DNA of 64,000 bases. Origin: Balanoglossus misakiensis. Taxonomy: Eukaryota > Animalia > Hemichordata. The notes beneath the pieces were generated by a model that was given only the letters and a program-made list of their open reading frames with translations, ran no database searches and was not told the DNA's origin. The stretch spans positions 8,050,047 to 8,114,046 of the forward strand of contig CM082591.2 of assembly GCA_040954595.2 (NCBI GenBank). The letters are read 5' to 3'. Each line of letters begins with the position of its first letter. The stretch's first letter is position 1. This document shows positions 23,001 through 35,810 of the stretch, piece after piece. The translations under genes were made by a program, and so were the position numbers.

Positions 23001-24226
23001 TTTTTTTTTGTAAAAATGACCTTTTTTGACCTCAAAAATGTGTATTGATTGGGGTCAAAAAGACTGCTTTATGTTTTATAGTCACCATTTTACACATAGA
23101 ACTGACTTTCCATATATCATCAAATCAATCAATATGAAGAGAAGAGTGTGTTTTAAGTTTTGTCTAAAAATGACGTTTCTGGGCAAAAATGGTCAAAAAG
23201 GCAATTCTGTCTCGTTTGGGGTCAGTCAGACTGCTTTTGTCGTAATATCAACCAAATTTTACATAGAATAGGCATATCATATGTCATCAGATCTTCGAAT
23301 GTGATGAAAACAGTGTGTTTTTAGTGTTTTCTAAAAATGACGTTTTTGGGCAAAAAATGGTCAAAAAGGCAATTCTGTCTCGTTTGGGGTCAGTCAGACT
23401 GCTTTTTTCGTAATATCAACCAAATTTTACATAGAATAGGCATATCATATGTCATCAGATCTTCGAATGTGATGAAAACAGTGTGTTTTTAGTGTTTTCT
23501 AAAAATGACCTTTTTTGGGTTAAAAAGTGCCAAAATGGCAATTTTGCCTTGGGTGGGGTCAATAAGACTGACTTTTTTGGAATCAGCACCATTTTTTACA
23601 TAGAATGGACTTCACAAACCTTCCTTACCAACTTTTTATTTAAAGGCACCTATCTCCTAGGGTAATAACTTGTCATCATAGTCACTAATTGGTAAGGGTA
23701 CTTGGAAGTATGACGTAATGATGACGTAATTGATTATTATATCAATTTTTTGCAATAATTAGATACTTTACTCAATCAGCTTTCTGTTGATACCAAACAC
23801 ATCACAGTTTTCATCAGTACAATTGCTCAGAGACGTGTTTTGCAAAACCTCACATTTATAGGTGAACAGAACACCATTTTCGTAAGGGTATTTTGACTTA
23901 TGACGTCACTATGATGTCAATATTTGTCATATCAGCTTTCTTTTAATACCAAATACTTTCCTGTTGTTCTAGGTATACATTCAGAGAGACAGTATTTTAC
24001 AAGACTAATTTACCCCCCTACGTCAACCTATATGCACTTTTAGGCTTTCCTACATACGTTACCCAATATAATTTAGAAGCCAATAACTCGAAAACGCCCC
24101 GGTGCCCAGATGGCAAACAAAGTGAATTTTACTCAGTATATGATAGGCTTTCAGAAAGACATTGTCTCAAAAATTCCCCTGGGGGGGGGGGGGGGGGGGA
24201 GGTAAACCCCACTGGCTCATGGTCTA
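20008..24226. mobile_element. 4.2-kb foldback-type non-autonomous DNA transposon (TAG...CTA ends, Academ-like by inference)
   Basis: TAGACCATGAGCCAGT... matches ...ACTGGCTCATGGTCTA. Inverted arms exceed 1.1 kb (about 20008-21130 vs 22965-24226) and contain roughly 150-bp subrepeats. No long ORF. An extra terminus copy lies at 24322-24347. Confidence 0.9.
21376..21456. mobile_element. Tc1/mariner (pogo/Tigger-like) MITE remnant nested in the foldback element
   Basis: CCTCGCTAAGTCGCG...CGCGACTTAGCGAGGGTCTACTG|TA. Confidence 0.55.
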
Positions 24227-24370
24227 TAACATAATGATTGATGTACTGGCTGGGGGGGGGGGGCTATGCATACGCTGACAGGAGTAAGTGCATGATGGCC
24301 GCCGAGCGTGAAAAGCCTACAGTAAACCCCTACTGGCTCATGGTCTATTAGCTTTCGAATAGACGGTTAA

Positions 24371-24713
24371 AGGGACAAAGTCTCTCTCTCTCGCTGCCCT
24401 TTTTCCATTAATTATATTTGATACAAGACACTGTTTATGTTATTCTACATGTGGATATATAGTGAATCAACATTCAACGACACACACCTTCCATCCCACT
24501 TGTAGACACGAGAGTGAAAACTCGCCAAAATGAATAATGGGTGTTTACCATTTATTCATTTTGGCGAGATTTTTACTCTCATATGCTACATATGGTATAG
24601 AATTTGTGTGTGGTTGAATGTTGAGTCACTATATATCCAAATGCAGAATAACAACAGTGTATTGTATCAAACATAATTAATGGAAAAAGGGCAGAGAGAG
24701 AGACTTTGTCTCT
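24371..24713. mobile_element. Palindromic MITE with TTAA target (Kolobok-like)
   Basis: TTAA|AGGGACAAAGTCTCT...AGAGACTTTGTCTCT|TTAA, almost fully self-complementary. Partial copy at about 59413-59590. Confidence 0.85.
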
Positions 24714-27045
24714 TTAATAAAACATCAAGCGAGCGAAAAGAATAACAGTAAACAAACTTCGTACTAATCTGTGCACAATTAAATGTCCGGTTTCCAAAAA
24801 TATCGAAAATATTCTATGTAAATGCTTCAAAGAAAGTGGTCGCCCAGACGCATTGAAACGTACCGCGTACATATGTCTACACGGGGCTAGCCGGAAGTGC
24901 TTTGCGTGTGATGGGTCTCCACCTTGGTCAAAGGCTTCTAATCACCTGACTAGGACTTTTCTCGCTCGATCATATAGCGATCGCGTCGACTAACAATCGA
25001 GATGTGATGTTCATTTTCAACTGAAAATTAGGCCTCAAAAAACCAAAATTGTTCGTAAATTTCTGATCATTTGATCAAAGGCCGACATTAGAGAGATTCT
25101 CTACCAAAAATCGGGCTCCAAAAGTAAAAAAAAGTTGTTCGTAAATTCCCGATGATACATTATTTATTTACGCAAGCAGTGGTAAAACAGTATTTTACCA
25201 TCACTCTCGTCCAATCAGAATGGCGGACGGAAGCATGATATGATTGTATTTAAACGGTGATCGGTGCATGGATACCATGCTTCAACTGGTTGTATTAAAT
25301 GCACTTCAAGGAACCTACTGCAGGTGAAGCTGAAGTCCGAGTACATTACTTTGAAAGTACGAATTTGTACTTCCACTCGTACTACCGGTATGCCCATTTT
25401 GAGACGATTAGATAAATGAAATACTGCAATATCATGAGTGACCATACAAATACACAGTTTTACAAAATATCCTAATTACCATAATCATTATTTAGGATTT
25501 GTTGTTATTAAACCTTGTGCGTCATGGTTGAGGACAGAAAGAATAATAAGACTGTCACAATATATTACCAACTTCAATACAACATACCTCTTAATTTTGT
25601 AACAGAGTGGTTGATTCCTTCACAAGGTAGAACTTCAATCCATGGTTCACTGCCAAAGCTACAGTAGGTTCAATTGTCATAAACAGGAGAAATCCCTGAG
25701 TCTGGTTCCAAGTACCACAGAGCTGCTCAGTACTTGTCACATACCTGTGTTGTAGATGTGATATCAGAGTTTGGAATCTCTTTGCCACCACCCATTTACA
25801 ACACGTCACTTATATGTATGTATTCAATGTATTCCCTTAAAAAACAAGACAATCACCAGCTCCACTGTATAACATACCTCAAAAATGGTTGTAAAAGAGT
25901 GGTTGATTCCTTCGCATGTTAGAGCTTCAATCCAGGTACACGAATAAATGTAGGAATCCTCAAATTATACAAGGTGTTCACCAGGAGAAAAAAAAAACTG
26001 CAGAAATGTTCCAGTGAGTGGCCTTGAGTACCTTGGAGCTAACACAATGCTTGTCATGTGATCTGCAAAATGGCCAAAGAAAGTGAATTCTTTGTTTTGC
26101 ATCCACTCAAACTACTGAAAAGGTTATGGATAAGTGATTCAAAAACAAATACAGGAAATTGAATACATTAAATTCAAGTTTCATTTTTGGATCCTTCTTT
26201 AATAAAGAAGTATTGACCAATACAAAATCAAACTAGTATTTTTTACCTCCATTCTTCATAACACACCTCAACCTTACAGGTGATTTGAGCAAATTATGTA
26301 GAGTTTGTAACAGAGTTTTCTGGTCAGAAAATGCTAGACGGGGATTTCACTGCTTCTTTGTCAAAAATCTGTATAAAAAAAAAACGAAAAAAAAAACATG
26401 GTGTGCATGAGGGTGCAAAACAAAGAGTTTACTTACAGTGGCCCAACACAGTAGAGAGACCCTGTTCAATTGCCAGTCTGTCTCCATTGCCAGTCTCTAT
26501 TGACAACATGTCAGCTATTCAAATCTAAAAACCTTTGAAAAAAAGACCTACAGCTTCATGAACTCAAGGGTTATTAGTACCATTCACTAAAGTTTTTGAT
26601 ATTCTTTAATGCTTTAATATTTTGACGCCGTCTGCTGAACTGAAAGTAGAAATTGTTTTTCTGTTTCACTTTGAGACTAGCCTATGTAATGAGGTCAAGG
26701 TCAAATAAGGTCAACATTCACTGTGTCACTGGTTTAAAAAGTAAAACAAGTATAGTATTATGGTTTATATTTTGCAAGGAATCAAGTACTACCTATACTC
26801 ATATTTTTTTCAGCAAATAAGTGCTACTGATCTAATTGAAGAATGCAAAAATAGGTTTTGATTAATTGGATTTTTTCTGTCATAAAGGGATTCAAGTGTT
26901 ATCGCTTGGGTGTGATAATAATTGCTGCAAATGGCTTTTTCTTTGCTTTCTTTTTTCATTTGATCGTTTAATTATAACATTGTAAAAACTAAAATATGTC
27001 AAATTGGAACTCTGGAAGAGACAATGAATTGTGCGACTGTTTTTA

Positions 27046-27108
27046 GTTTTACATGGTAGAGTTTTACATGGTAGAGTTTTACATGGTAGAGTTTTACATG
27101 GTAGAGTT
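27046..27108. repeat. 15-bp tandem repeat x4
   Basis: (GTTTTACATGGTAGA)4. Confidence 0.9.
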
Positions 27109-28974
27109 GAAATCTAAGCCGACCCAACTTCAACCCTTTCACCACCACAGTCTGGTCCAAAGCCATTATTTTCAAACCAAATACATAATAGGCTTTACAG
27201 AATAGAAAAAGAAACCACAGTCAATACACCGAAATAAAAATAAAATAGGCCAAAGTTGGAGTTACTGGAGCCTTAATTAGTACAGCCAGATGTGGCAGTG
27301 AAGCTGGTTGAAGTTATTTATCAAAATACACTCAAGTTGAATGTCCAATTCAATATGGAGGTATTTAAGGGTGTTGAAAATTGCATTGTGCGCAAATTCC
27401 CACAGAGTGCCATTTATTGCACTGTGCTCGTCCCGCACTTTGACCCCTCACTCTTGTATTTTCGACTCTCTTAAATACAATGTATTACTGAGATGAGAAT
27501 GAATGTTAAAGCTTTGACAAGGTACAGCTGACAAATACCGGTATATTGAACTGAAAGTGGGACACATTATTGCATTATACCAATGAACCGTCCCAATTAT
27601 TTTGGTTCTTGTGAGCTGTTTGTCTCTTCCTGTATTTGGACAAAAATCTTTGCATTCTTTGGAAAGTCTACGTATTGTATTTGCATTAAAGACTTCCATC
27701 TCTGGCAAACAATTATTTGTCAAATATTCTGTAGACTTTGTTTGAGGAGCCAATTCTTTCACCCAAATGGTGGATATTAAAAACCAATAGTGAAATGTGA
27801 TTTTTTCTTGAAGAAAACCGGGTGGCAACTGAAAGTGTTACCATAGCAACACATTAAAATCAAGTCACACTAGAAATATACTTTTTTCTGTGTATATGAA
27901 ATCAATTTCCCCCTATTAGATAACAGTTTTTGTTTATTTAAACTGTTAGTCAACAAGTTTTATATACTTCTTACATTGGCAAGTACACTGCTGTAAGAGA
28001 GCTGAGACACTCACTGTATTCACCCATTTGTTGAGGTCAAAAGTTCTTGAAGCACACAATGGACAATTCTTTTCACAAAGATAACAATTGAAATATTTGC
28101 GCTGCGTTGTAGCTGTCAGAAAAGAGTCTAAAAGATTAAATAGTTTTAAAATAAATTTTTTGTGGTCCCACAAATTAGGTACTTATCCTCAAACATGTTC
28201 ATTCTTTTTCTTGAAATCCATGATGTTTTAAAATTGTCTGCATGCTTCTGTCAATGAAGTAGGTTGGCCAGAAAGTAATTAATCTTTTTTAACGAGGACT
28301 GCTGAGTGTGTGACAGATTCTCGATTGAACAAGCTTTACTCGCCTTATGAGTGTAATAGACCACAAACATTCCAAAAACCTAAGATTGACGACCTCAGTC
28401 AGTTCTTCATTTCAGGTAAATTAAACACATCTTAATAAACATCTTGACACATTCTGCTTCAGACTTCATAGACACCAAACTACAGGTAAATTTGTGTGTG
28501 TGTTATCAGGATCTCTAGTCCAATAGGGTAAAAGTAAAAAATAAACCAGAATTTCACAGCTGCAGTTATAAATAAATCTAAATGAAATTTTTCTTTTCAA
28601 ATCCATGGGTGTGAAAGGGTGAAAAAGTATAAAACTGCATTGGCCATCTTAGTATTTCTTAACCCTTTCACCCCCAGTTCCCTCTCTAGAGGTCCAAGTC
28701 TACCATAGAAAACAATGGGTTTGGACCAAACCATGGTGGTGAAAGGGTGAAGCTGATGTGATAGTAACAAACATTTCCATCCAAAGGCTAATTATTGTTC
28801 TGCATTGGAATACATTAATTAATTCTTCGATATCAAATGACGTCAGATGCAGTTCCCTTGGCATTCAAATTTCCAGATGATGGGCAACTTCAGCAACATG
28901 GTGCAGACAAAGACTGTGCAGACGAAACACCATGAGGCTGATGAGGCACCATACCCAATACATGGAACGTGTCT

Positions 28975-29103
28975 GGTGGTTCTAAAGTGAAAACATACTC
29001 ATAAAAACTTTTACTGGATGCTGAAATATTGCTTGCCCGTCACCTGGAAATGACAACGCCGTGGGTCACATGGCCAGATCACGTGATTGGTAGTAAAGAA
29101 TTG
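28975..29103. repeat. Intact copy of the short interspersed repeat into which the gypsy element inserted
   Basis: Matches 6691-6756 joined to 11443-11503, with a single CCCGT at the junction. Confidence 0.85.
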
Positions 29104-29291
29104 TTGTACTGCACAGGAACACGTACACTAATGAATTTTCTGTTTCATTCACCAGGGCCAGGCTTTTGGCCAAGATCGGGCTGTATCTGACCCCTTTCCT
29201 TTTAGCATAGCGCAGCCAGTGGTGGGAATGGGGCAGGGGACCAGACTACTGCACTGGAACACACTAATGAATTTTCTGTTGCATTCACCAG

Positions 29292-29463
29292 GTCTTTGTC
29301 AGATCGTGAGATTCGCACAATGGCAGCCAAGATATATGAACTGCCCATAGATCTTTCAACACTCACTGGTTTAGAGATAATCATGAAAGACTGTGCTCAA
29401 CTTCTACCCAAAGAGATGGTCGTAGAATCACCAACATCAGAACAATATTATGACAAAGAAATG
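29292..29463 (+). pseudogene. GNPTAB: Isolated exon of GlcNAc-1-phosphotransferase alpha/beta (gene fragment, or exon of a very large gene)
   Basis: [39 protein letters not shown]...EQYYDKEM matches my recollection of vertebrate [39 protein letters not shown]...ESYYDPNL. Splice sites caccag|G and ATG|gtaag. No neighbouring GNPTAB exons recognised. Confidence 0.75.
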
Positions 29464-29519
29464 GTAAGAAAGCTACAAACAACTGTATTCAAGCCCCATG
29501 AGCTGCAACTTTGGGGGAT

Positions 29520-30610
29520 AATTAGGCCAAATAAAAAATATGTGCTGTTCCGATTACCCGACCTACCCTAATTTTAACCTGCCCACCCTAATAGTGCGGT
29601 ATGGTATGTCAAGAAAAACAGCTCCCGTAGGATTTTTGTGCTAAAATTGATTTTTTTGCTGTTTTGGCTTCTATGGGGACCCAACTACCCAAAAATGATG
29701 GGGTGCAATTTTAAGGGCCCCTCCATCATATTTTCTGTGGGGGGGGGGGGGGGGGGGGTACTTCCGTTTTGTGGTATGATGTGTATTCCCGTAGGATTTT
29801 TGTGCTAAAATTGATTTTTTTGCTGTTTTGGCTTCAATGGGGACCCAACTAGCCGAAAATGATGGGGTACAATTTTAAGGGCCCCTCCATCATATTTTTC
29901 TGGGGGGGGGGGTACTTCCGTTTTGTGGTATGATGTGTATTCCCGTAGGATTTTTGTGCTAAAATTGATTTTTTTGCTGGTTTGGCTTCAATGGGGACCC
30001 AACTACACGAAAATGATGGGATGCAATTTTAAGGGCCCCTCCATCATATTTTTCTGGGGGGGTACTTCCGTTTTGTGATATGATGTGTATTCCCGTAGGA
30101 TTTTTGTGCTAAAATTGATTTTTTTTGCTGTTTTGGCTTCAATGGGGACCCAACTACCCGAAAATGATGGGGTGCAATTTTTAGGGCCCCTCCATCATAT
30201 TTTTCTGGGGGGTCACTCCTGTTTTGGCCTCCCCGAAAATATTTATTCACCTATCCACTCCATTTTCGTAGAATTTTCTGCTAAAGAATTTTTGTTTGCT
30301 GTTTTGACTTAAATGGGGACCCACCTGGTCACAAAAGATCACACGCAAATGTTAGGGCCCCTCTATTACATTTGTGGGGGGGGGGCACTTCCATTTCGAC
30401 AATCTTAACGGTATTTGTTCACCTATTTCGTGTAATGTCGTAGGAGTTTTTGCTAATAGTTATTTGTAATGTTTGCTGTTTTGGTTTTAATGATGAATAA
30501 ACATCCCCAAAATGATGGAAACTCAATTTGTTGGAGATCTCCATCACATTTTCTTCCAGGGGGGGGGGGGGGTCACTTTAGTTTTAGCAGCCCTGGAGAT
30601 ATTTGTTCAT
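29520..30610. repeat. Repeat element with internal ~150-164-bp poly-G-containing tandem units
   Basis: CCCGTAGGATTTTTGTGCTAAAATTG at about 29624, 29788, 29942, 30092, then two decayed units. Starts with a MITE-like end TTAGGCCAAATAAAAAA...CCGACCTACCC. Confidence 0.8.
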
Positions 30611-31696
30611 TGATCTAACTTGAACACAATGAATCACTGAGAAGAGAATGAACGTAAGCTTTGACCAGGTACAGCTCACAAATACCGGTATATTGAACTG
30701 AAAGTGGGACACATCATCGCATTATAACAATGAACCGTCCCAATTATTTTGGTTCTTGTGAGCTGTTTGTCTCTTCCTGTATTTGGACAAATCTTTGCAT
30801 ATATGTACATAGCATGTATGTGTGTAACTGTGTATATTAATATGCTGTTTGGAGTAGAACAAGAAATTGAATTAGATACACAGAACAAAAAAATCTGGAA
30901 ATAATATCCCTTTCAAATCCAACAGTAAAACCTGAGTTTCAAGTTTGATTGAGATGAGAAAGAAATTGCAAATACCATTTATGATGGTGATTGACAGTTT
31001 ATTTACCTACAAGAGGAGATTCAATCCTGTCTGATATTTCTAAATGTTATGACACAAGTTCTCCTGTTTTTGTTCAGGTGAATGACTAGACGTTTGCAGA
31101 CTTTACAGGCCGAGATCAAAGTGAGAAATGAACTGCCACCAATGTCAACATTCCAGGGAATTCCATGACGTGCCAGAAAACTTTTTTCATACAGAAGATT
31201 TCCTCTTTGGAAATTCAAATGACCCGTTGTTATGGTTACCAGAACTCACAGGTCACGCTGGGATTTGTGACTGCACATATTTTTGACGTGTCCATAGAAA
31301 AAGTCACGTCAAAATAACATGTCAATTTGAGGTAATGGCCCATTTATTTGAACACTGTGTTTAAAAGTAGCGACATATAGACACACATGGTTCAATCAGC
31401 AGACAGTGTCTTTTGCAACAAGACAAATGAGGGAGTTCTGAGTGAAAAGGATAATTTCACAGATTCATTGTCTGTGTGCACATACACCTGTCAATCAAAC
31501 TGGGCCAATTCTAATGATATCTCACTCCACATTGGTGGTGTAATGGTCACTGCATGTGTGCAGGCAAGCCGTGAATTGAACATCTTATGTGGCCGATGTG
31601 AGCATCAATCTTGACACGTCAACTCATATTTTCACATCCAATGAATATTTTCCATGTAAGATACAAGTGAGTTATGCCTCAAAGCGACTTCAGCAG

Positions 31697-34600
31697 AATT
31701 GTTATACATTGCCCAGCATGTATGAAGCGTAATCAAGGCCAAAATTCAAAACCCCATTTTCAACCCACAACCTCCCAATTTTCAACACACGTTCCCCAAA
31801 TTTCCCCAAATTGTTATACATGGCCCAGCATGTATGAAGCGTAATCAAGGCCAAAATTCAAAACCCCATTTTCAACCCACAACCTCCCAATTTTCAACAC
31901 ACGTTCCCCAAATTTCCCCAAATTGTTATACATGGCCCAGCATGTATGAAGCGTAATCAAGGCCAAAATTCAAAACCCCATTTTCAACCCACAACCTCCC
32001 AATTTTCAACACACGTTCTCCAAATTTCCCCAAATTGTTATACATGGCCCAGCATGTATGAAGCGTAATCAAGGCCAAAATTCAAAACCCCATTTTCAAC
32101 CCACAACCTCCCAATTTTCAACACACGTTCCCCAAATTTCCCCAAATTGTTATACATGGCCCAGCATGTATGAAGCGTAATCAAGGCCAAAATTCAAAAC
32201 CCCATTTTCAACCCACAACCTCCCAATTTTCAACACACGTTCCCCAAATTTCCCCAAATTGTTATACATGGCCCAGCATGTATGAAGCGTAATCAAGGCC
32301 AAAATTCAAAACCCCATTTTCAACCCACAACCTCCCAATTTTCAACACACGTTCCCCAAACTTCCCCAAATTGTTATACATGGCCCAGCATGTATGAAGC
32401 GTAATCAAGGCCAAAATTCAAAACCCCATTTTCAACCCACAACCTCCCAATTTTCAACACACGTTCCCCAAATTGTTATACATGGCCCAGCATGTATGAA
32501 GCGTAATCAAGGCCAAAATTCAAAACCCCATTTTCAACCCACAACCTCCCAATTTTCAACACACGTTCTCCAAATTTCCCCAAATTGTTATACATGGCCC
32601 AGCATGTATGAAGCGTAATCAAGGCCAAAATTCAAAACCCCATTTTCAACCCACAACCTCCCAATTTTCAACACACGTTCCCCAAATTGTTATACATGGC
32701 CCTGCATGTATGAAGCGTAATCAAGGCCAAAATTCAAAACCCCATTTTCAACCCACAACCTCCCAATTTTCAACACACGTTCCCCAAATTTCCTCAAATT
32801 GTTATACATGGCCCAGCATGTATGAAGTGTAATCAAGGCCAAAATTCAAAACCCCATTTTCAACCCACAACCTCCCAATTTTCAACACACGTTCCCCAAA
32901 TTGTTATACATGGCCCAGCATGTATGAAGCGTAATCAAGGCCAAAATTCAAAACCCCATTTTCAACCCACAACCTCCCAATTTTCAACACACGTTCTCCA
33001 AATTTCCCCAAATTGTTATACATGGCCCAGCATGTATGAAGCGTAATCAAGGCCAAAATTCAAAACCCCATTTTCAACCCACAACCTCCCAATTTTCAAC
33101 ACACGTTCCCCAAACTTCCCCAAATTGTTATACATGGCCCAGCATGTATGAAGCGTAATCAAGGCCAAAATTCAAAACCCAATTTTCAACCCACAACCTC
33201 CCAATTTTCAACACACGTTCCCCAAATTTCCCCAAATTGTTATACATGGCCCAGCATGTATGAAGCGTAATCAAGGCCAAAATTCAAAACCCCATTTTCA
33301 ACCCACAACCTCCCAATTTTCAACACACGTTCCCCAAATTTCCTCAAATTGTTATACATGGCCCAGCATGTATGAAGCGTAATCAAGGCCAAAATTCAAA
33401 ACCCCATTTTCAACCCACAACCTCCCAATTTTCAACACACGTTCCCCAAATTTCCCCAAATTGTTATACATGGCCCAGCATGTATGAAGTGTAATCAAGG
33501 CCAAAATTCAAAACCCAATTTTCAACCCACAACCTCCCAATTTTCAACACACGTTCCCCAAATTTCCCCAAATTGTTATACATGGCCCAGCATGTATGAA
33601 GTGTAATCAAGGCCAAAATTCAAAACCCCATTTTCAACCCACAACCTCCCAATTTTCAACACACGTTCCCCAAATTTCCCCAAATTGTTATACATGGCCC
33701 AGCATGTATGAAGCGTAATCAAGGCCAAAATTCAAAACCCCATTTTCAACCCACAACCTCCCAATTTTCAACACACGTTCCCCAAACTTCCCCAAATTGT
33801 TATACATGGCCCAGCGTGTATGAAGCGTAATCAAGGCCAAAATTCAAAACCCCATTTTCAACCCACAACCTCCCAATTTTCAACACACGTTCCCCAAATT
33901 TCTCCAAATTGTTATACATTGCCCAGCATGTATGAAGCGTAATCAAGGCCAAAATTCAAAACCCCATTTTCAACCCACAACCTCCCAATTTTCAACACAC
34001 GTTCCCCAAATTTCTCCAAATTGTTATACATGGCCCAGCATGTATGAAGCGTAATCAAGGCCAAAATTCAAAACCCCATTTTCAACCCACAACCTCCCAA
34101 TTTTCAACACACGTTCCCCAAATTTCTCCAAATTGTTATACATGGCCCAGCATGTATGAAGCGTAATCAAGGCCAAAATTCAAAACCCCATTTTCAACCC
34201 ACAACCTCCCAATTTTCAACACACGTTCCCCAAATTTCTCCAAATTGTTATACATTGCCCAGCATGTATGAAGCGTAATCAAGGCCAAAATTCAAAACCC
34301 CATTTTCAACCCACAACCTCCCAATTTTCAACACACTTTCCCCAAATTTCTCCAAATTGTTATACATTGCCCAGCATGTATGAAGCGTAATCAAGGCCAA
34401 AATTCAAAACCCCATTTTCAACCCACAACCTCCCAATTTTCAACACACGTTCCCCAAATTTCCCCAAATTGTTATACATGGCCCAGCATGTATGAAGCGT
34501 AATCAAGGCCAAAATTCAAAACCCCATTTTCAACCCACAACCTCCCAATTTTCAACACACGTTCCCCAAATTTCCCCAAATTGTTATACATGGCCCAGCA

Positions 34601-35021
34601 TGTATGAAGCGTAATCAAGGCCAAAATTCAAAACCCCTTTTTTTAACTCACAACCTCCCAATTTTCAACACACGTTCCCCAAATTTCCCCAAATTGTTAT
34701 ACATGGCCCAGCATGTATGAAGCGTAATCAAGGCCAAAATTCAAAACCCCATTTTCAACCCACAACCTCCCAATTTTCAACACACGTCCCCCAAATTTCC
34801 CCAAATTGTTATACATGGCCCAGCATGTATGAAGTGTAATCAAGGCCAAAATTCAAAACCCCATTTTCAACCCACAACCTCCCAATTTTCAACACACGTC
34901 CCCCAAATTTCCCCAAATTGTTATACATGGCCCAGCATGTATGAAGTGTAATCAAGGCCAGAATTCAAAACCCCATTTTCAACCCACAACCTCCCAATTT
35001 TCAACACACGTTCCCCAAATT
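31697..35021. repeat. 112-bp tandem satellite, about 30 copies, including three 102-bp variants
   Basis: Unit AATTGTTATACATGGCCCAGCATGTATGAAGCG...CCCCAAATTTCCCCA; period 112 (31701 to 31813). Confidence 0.98.
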
Positions 35022-35149
35022 TGCAACTCCTCAGTCACCACTCACAGCATCCAGACTCCAATTCAGGTCATGTAATCGGAACAGCACATATTTTTGTTAT
35101 TTGGTCTATAGTTGGTCTATAGTTACTTGACCCTCACAGAAATGTGATA

Positions 35150-35810
35150 TCTGCCTTCTCTTAGTAGCTTCACTGTCAATGACATGGAACTTATCAGATA
35201 GGTTGATTGTCTGTCATCATTTGTATGTCTGTCCGTTCATCAATAATTGAGTGCTTAAAGACTGCAGGTCATACAGTTTTGTAATTTTGGTGTAAAGGTT
35301 ACCATTGGGGTGATCTGAGTCAGATTTGTAAAATTTTGACATAATTTGCAAATTTGCATATTTATGAGTCAAGTTTTGTGGGTTTTGGTGAAAAAAAATT
35401 ATCTTCTCTGACACAAGCAGTTTGATTATTTCAAAATTTGGTATGCAAGGTCCTAGGAGTGACCTTAATAATTTTGTTCAAATTGTGGTAAAATTTGCAT
35501 TTTGAGGGCAATTTTAGCTGTTGGGTAGGACAATCTTCTCAGAAACTGTCCAATCACTTACATTGTCAGATGGGAGCATATATTGCCTTACAATTTGGTA
35601 TGCAGGTCCAAGGGGTGCTCTAAGAGACAAATGTGATGGAATTTGTAATATTGTATTTTTATATTTTTTTTCAACTTTTGGTTTAAAAAAGTCTTGAAAA
35701 TTCCATATGTGCAATTGTTTTAAACTCTGGTGTGAAGGTCCCTGGTCAAATTTCTTTTTATTTTGACAAATTTTTCATTTGCATATTTTAAGTTAAATTT
35801 GCCTTTGAAC
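35150..35810. mobile_element. Possible decayed HINE/Helentron-like non-autonomous element
   Basis: TTAGTAGC start, GTCTGTCCGT-like microsatellite, then degenerate internal repeats around AATTTGGTATGCA. Confidence 0.4.

Noticed and set aside
32394-33046. Three repeated 74-aa ORFs
   Set aside because: By-products of the 214-bp satellite dimers.
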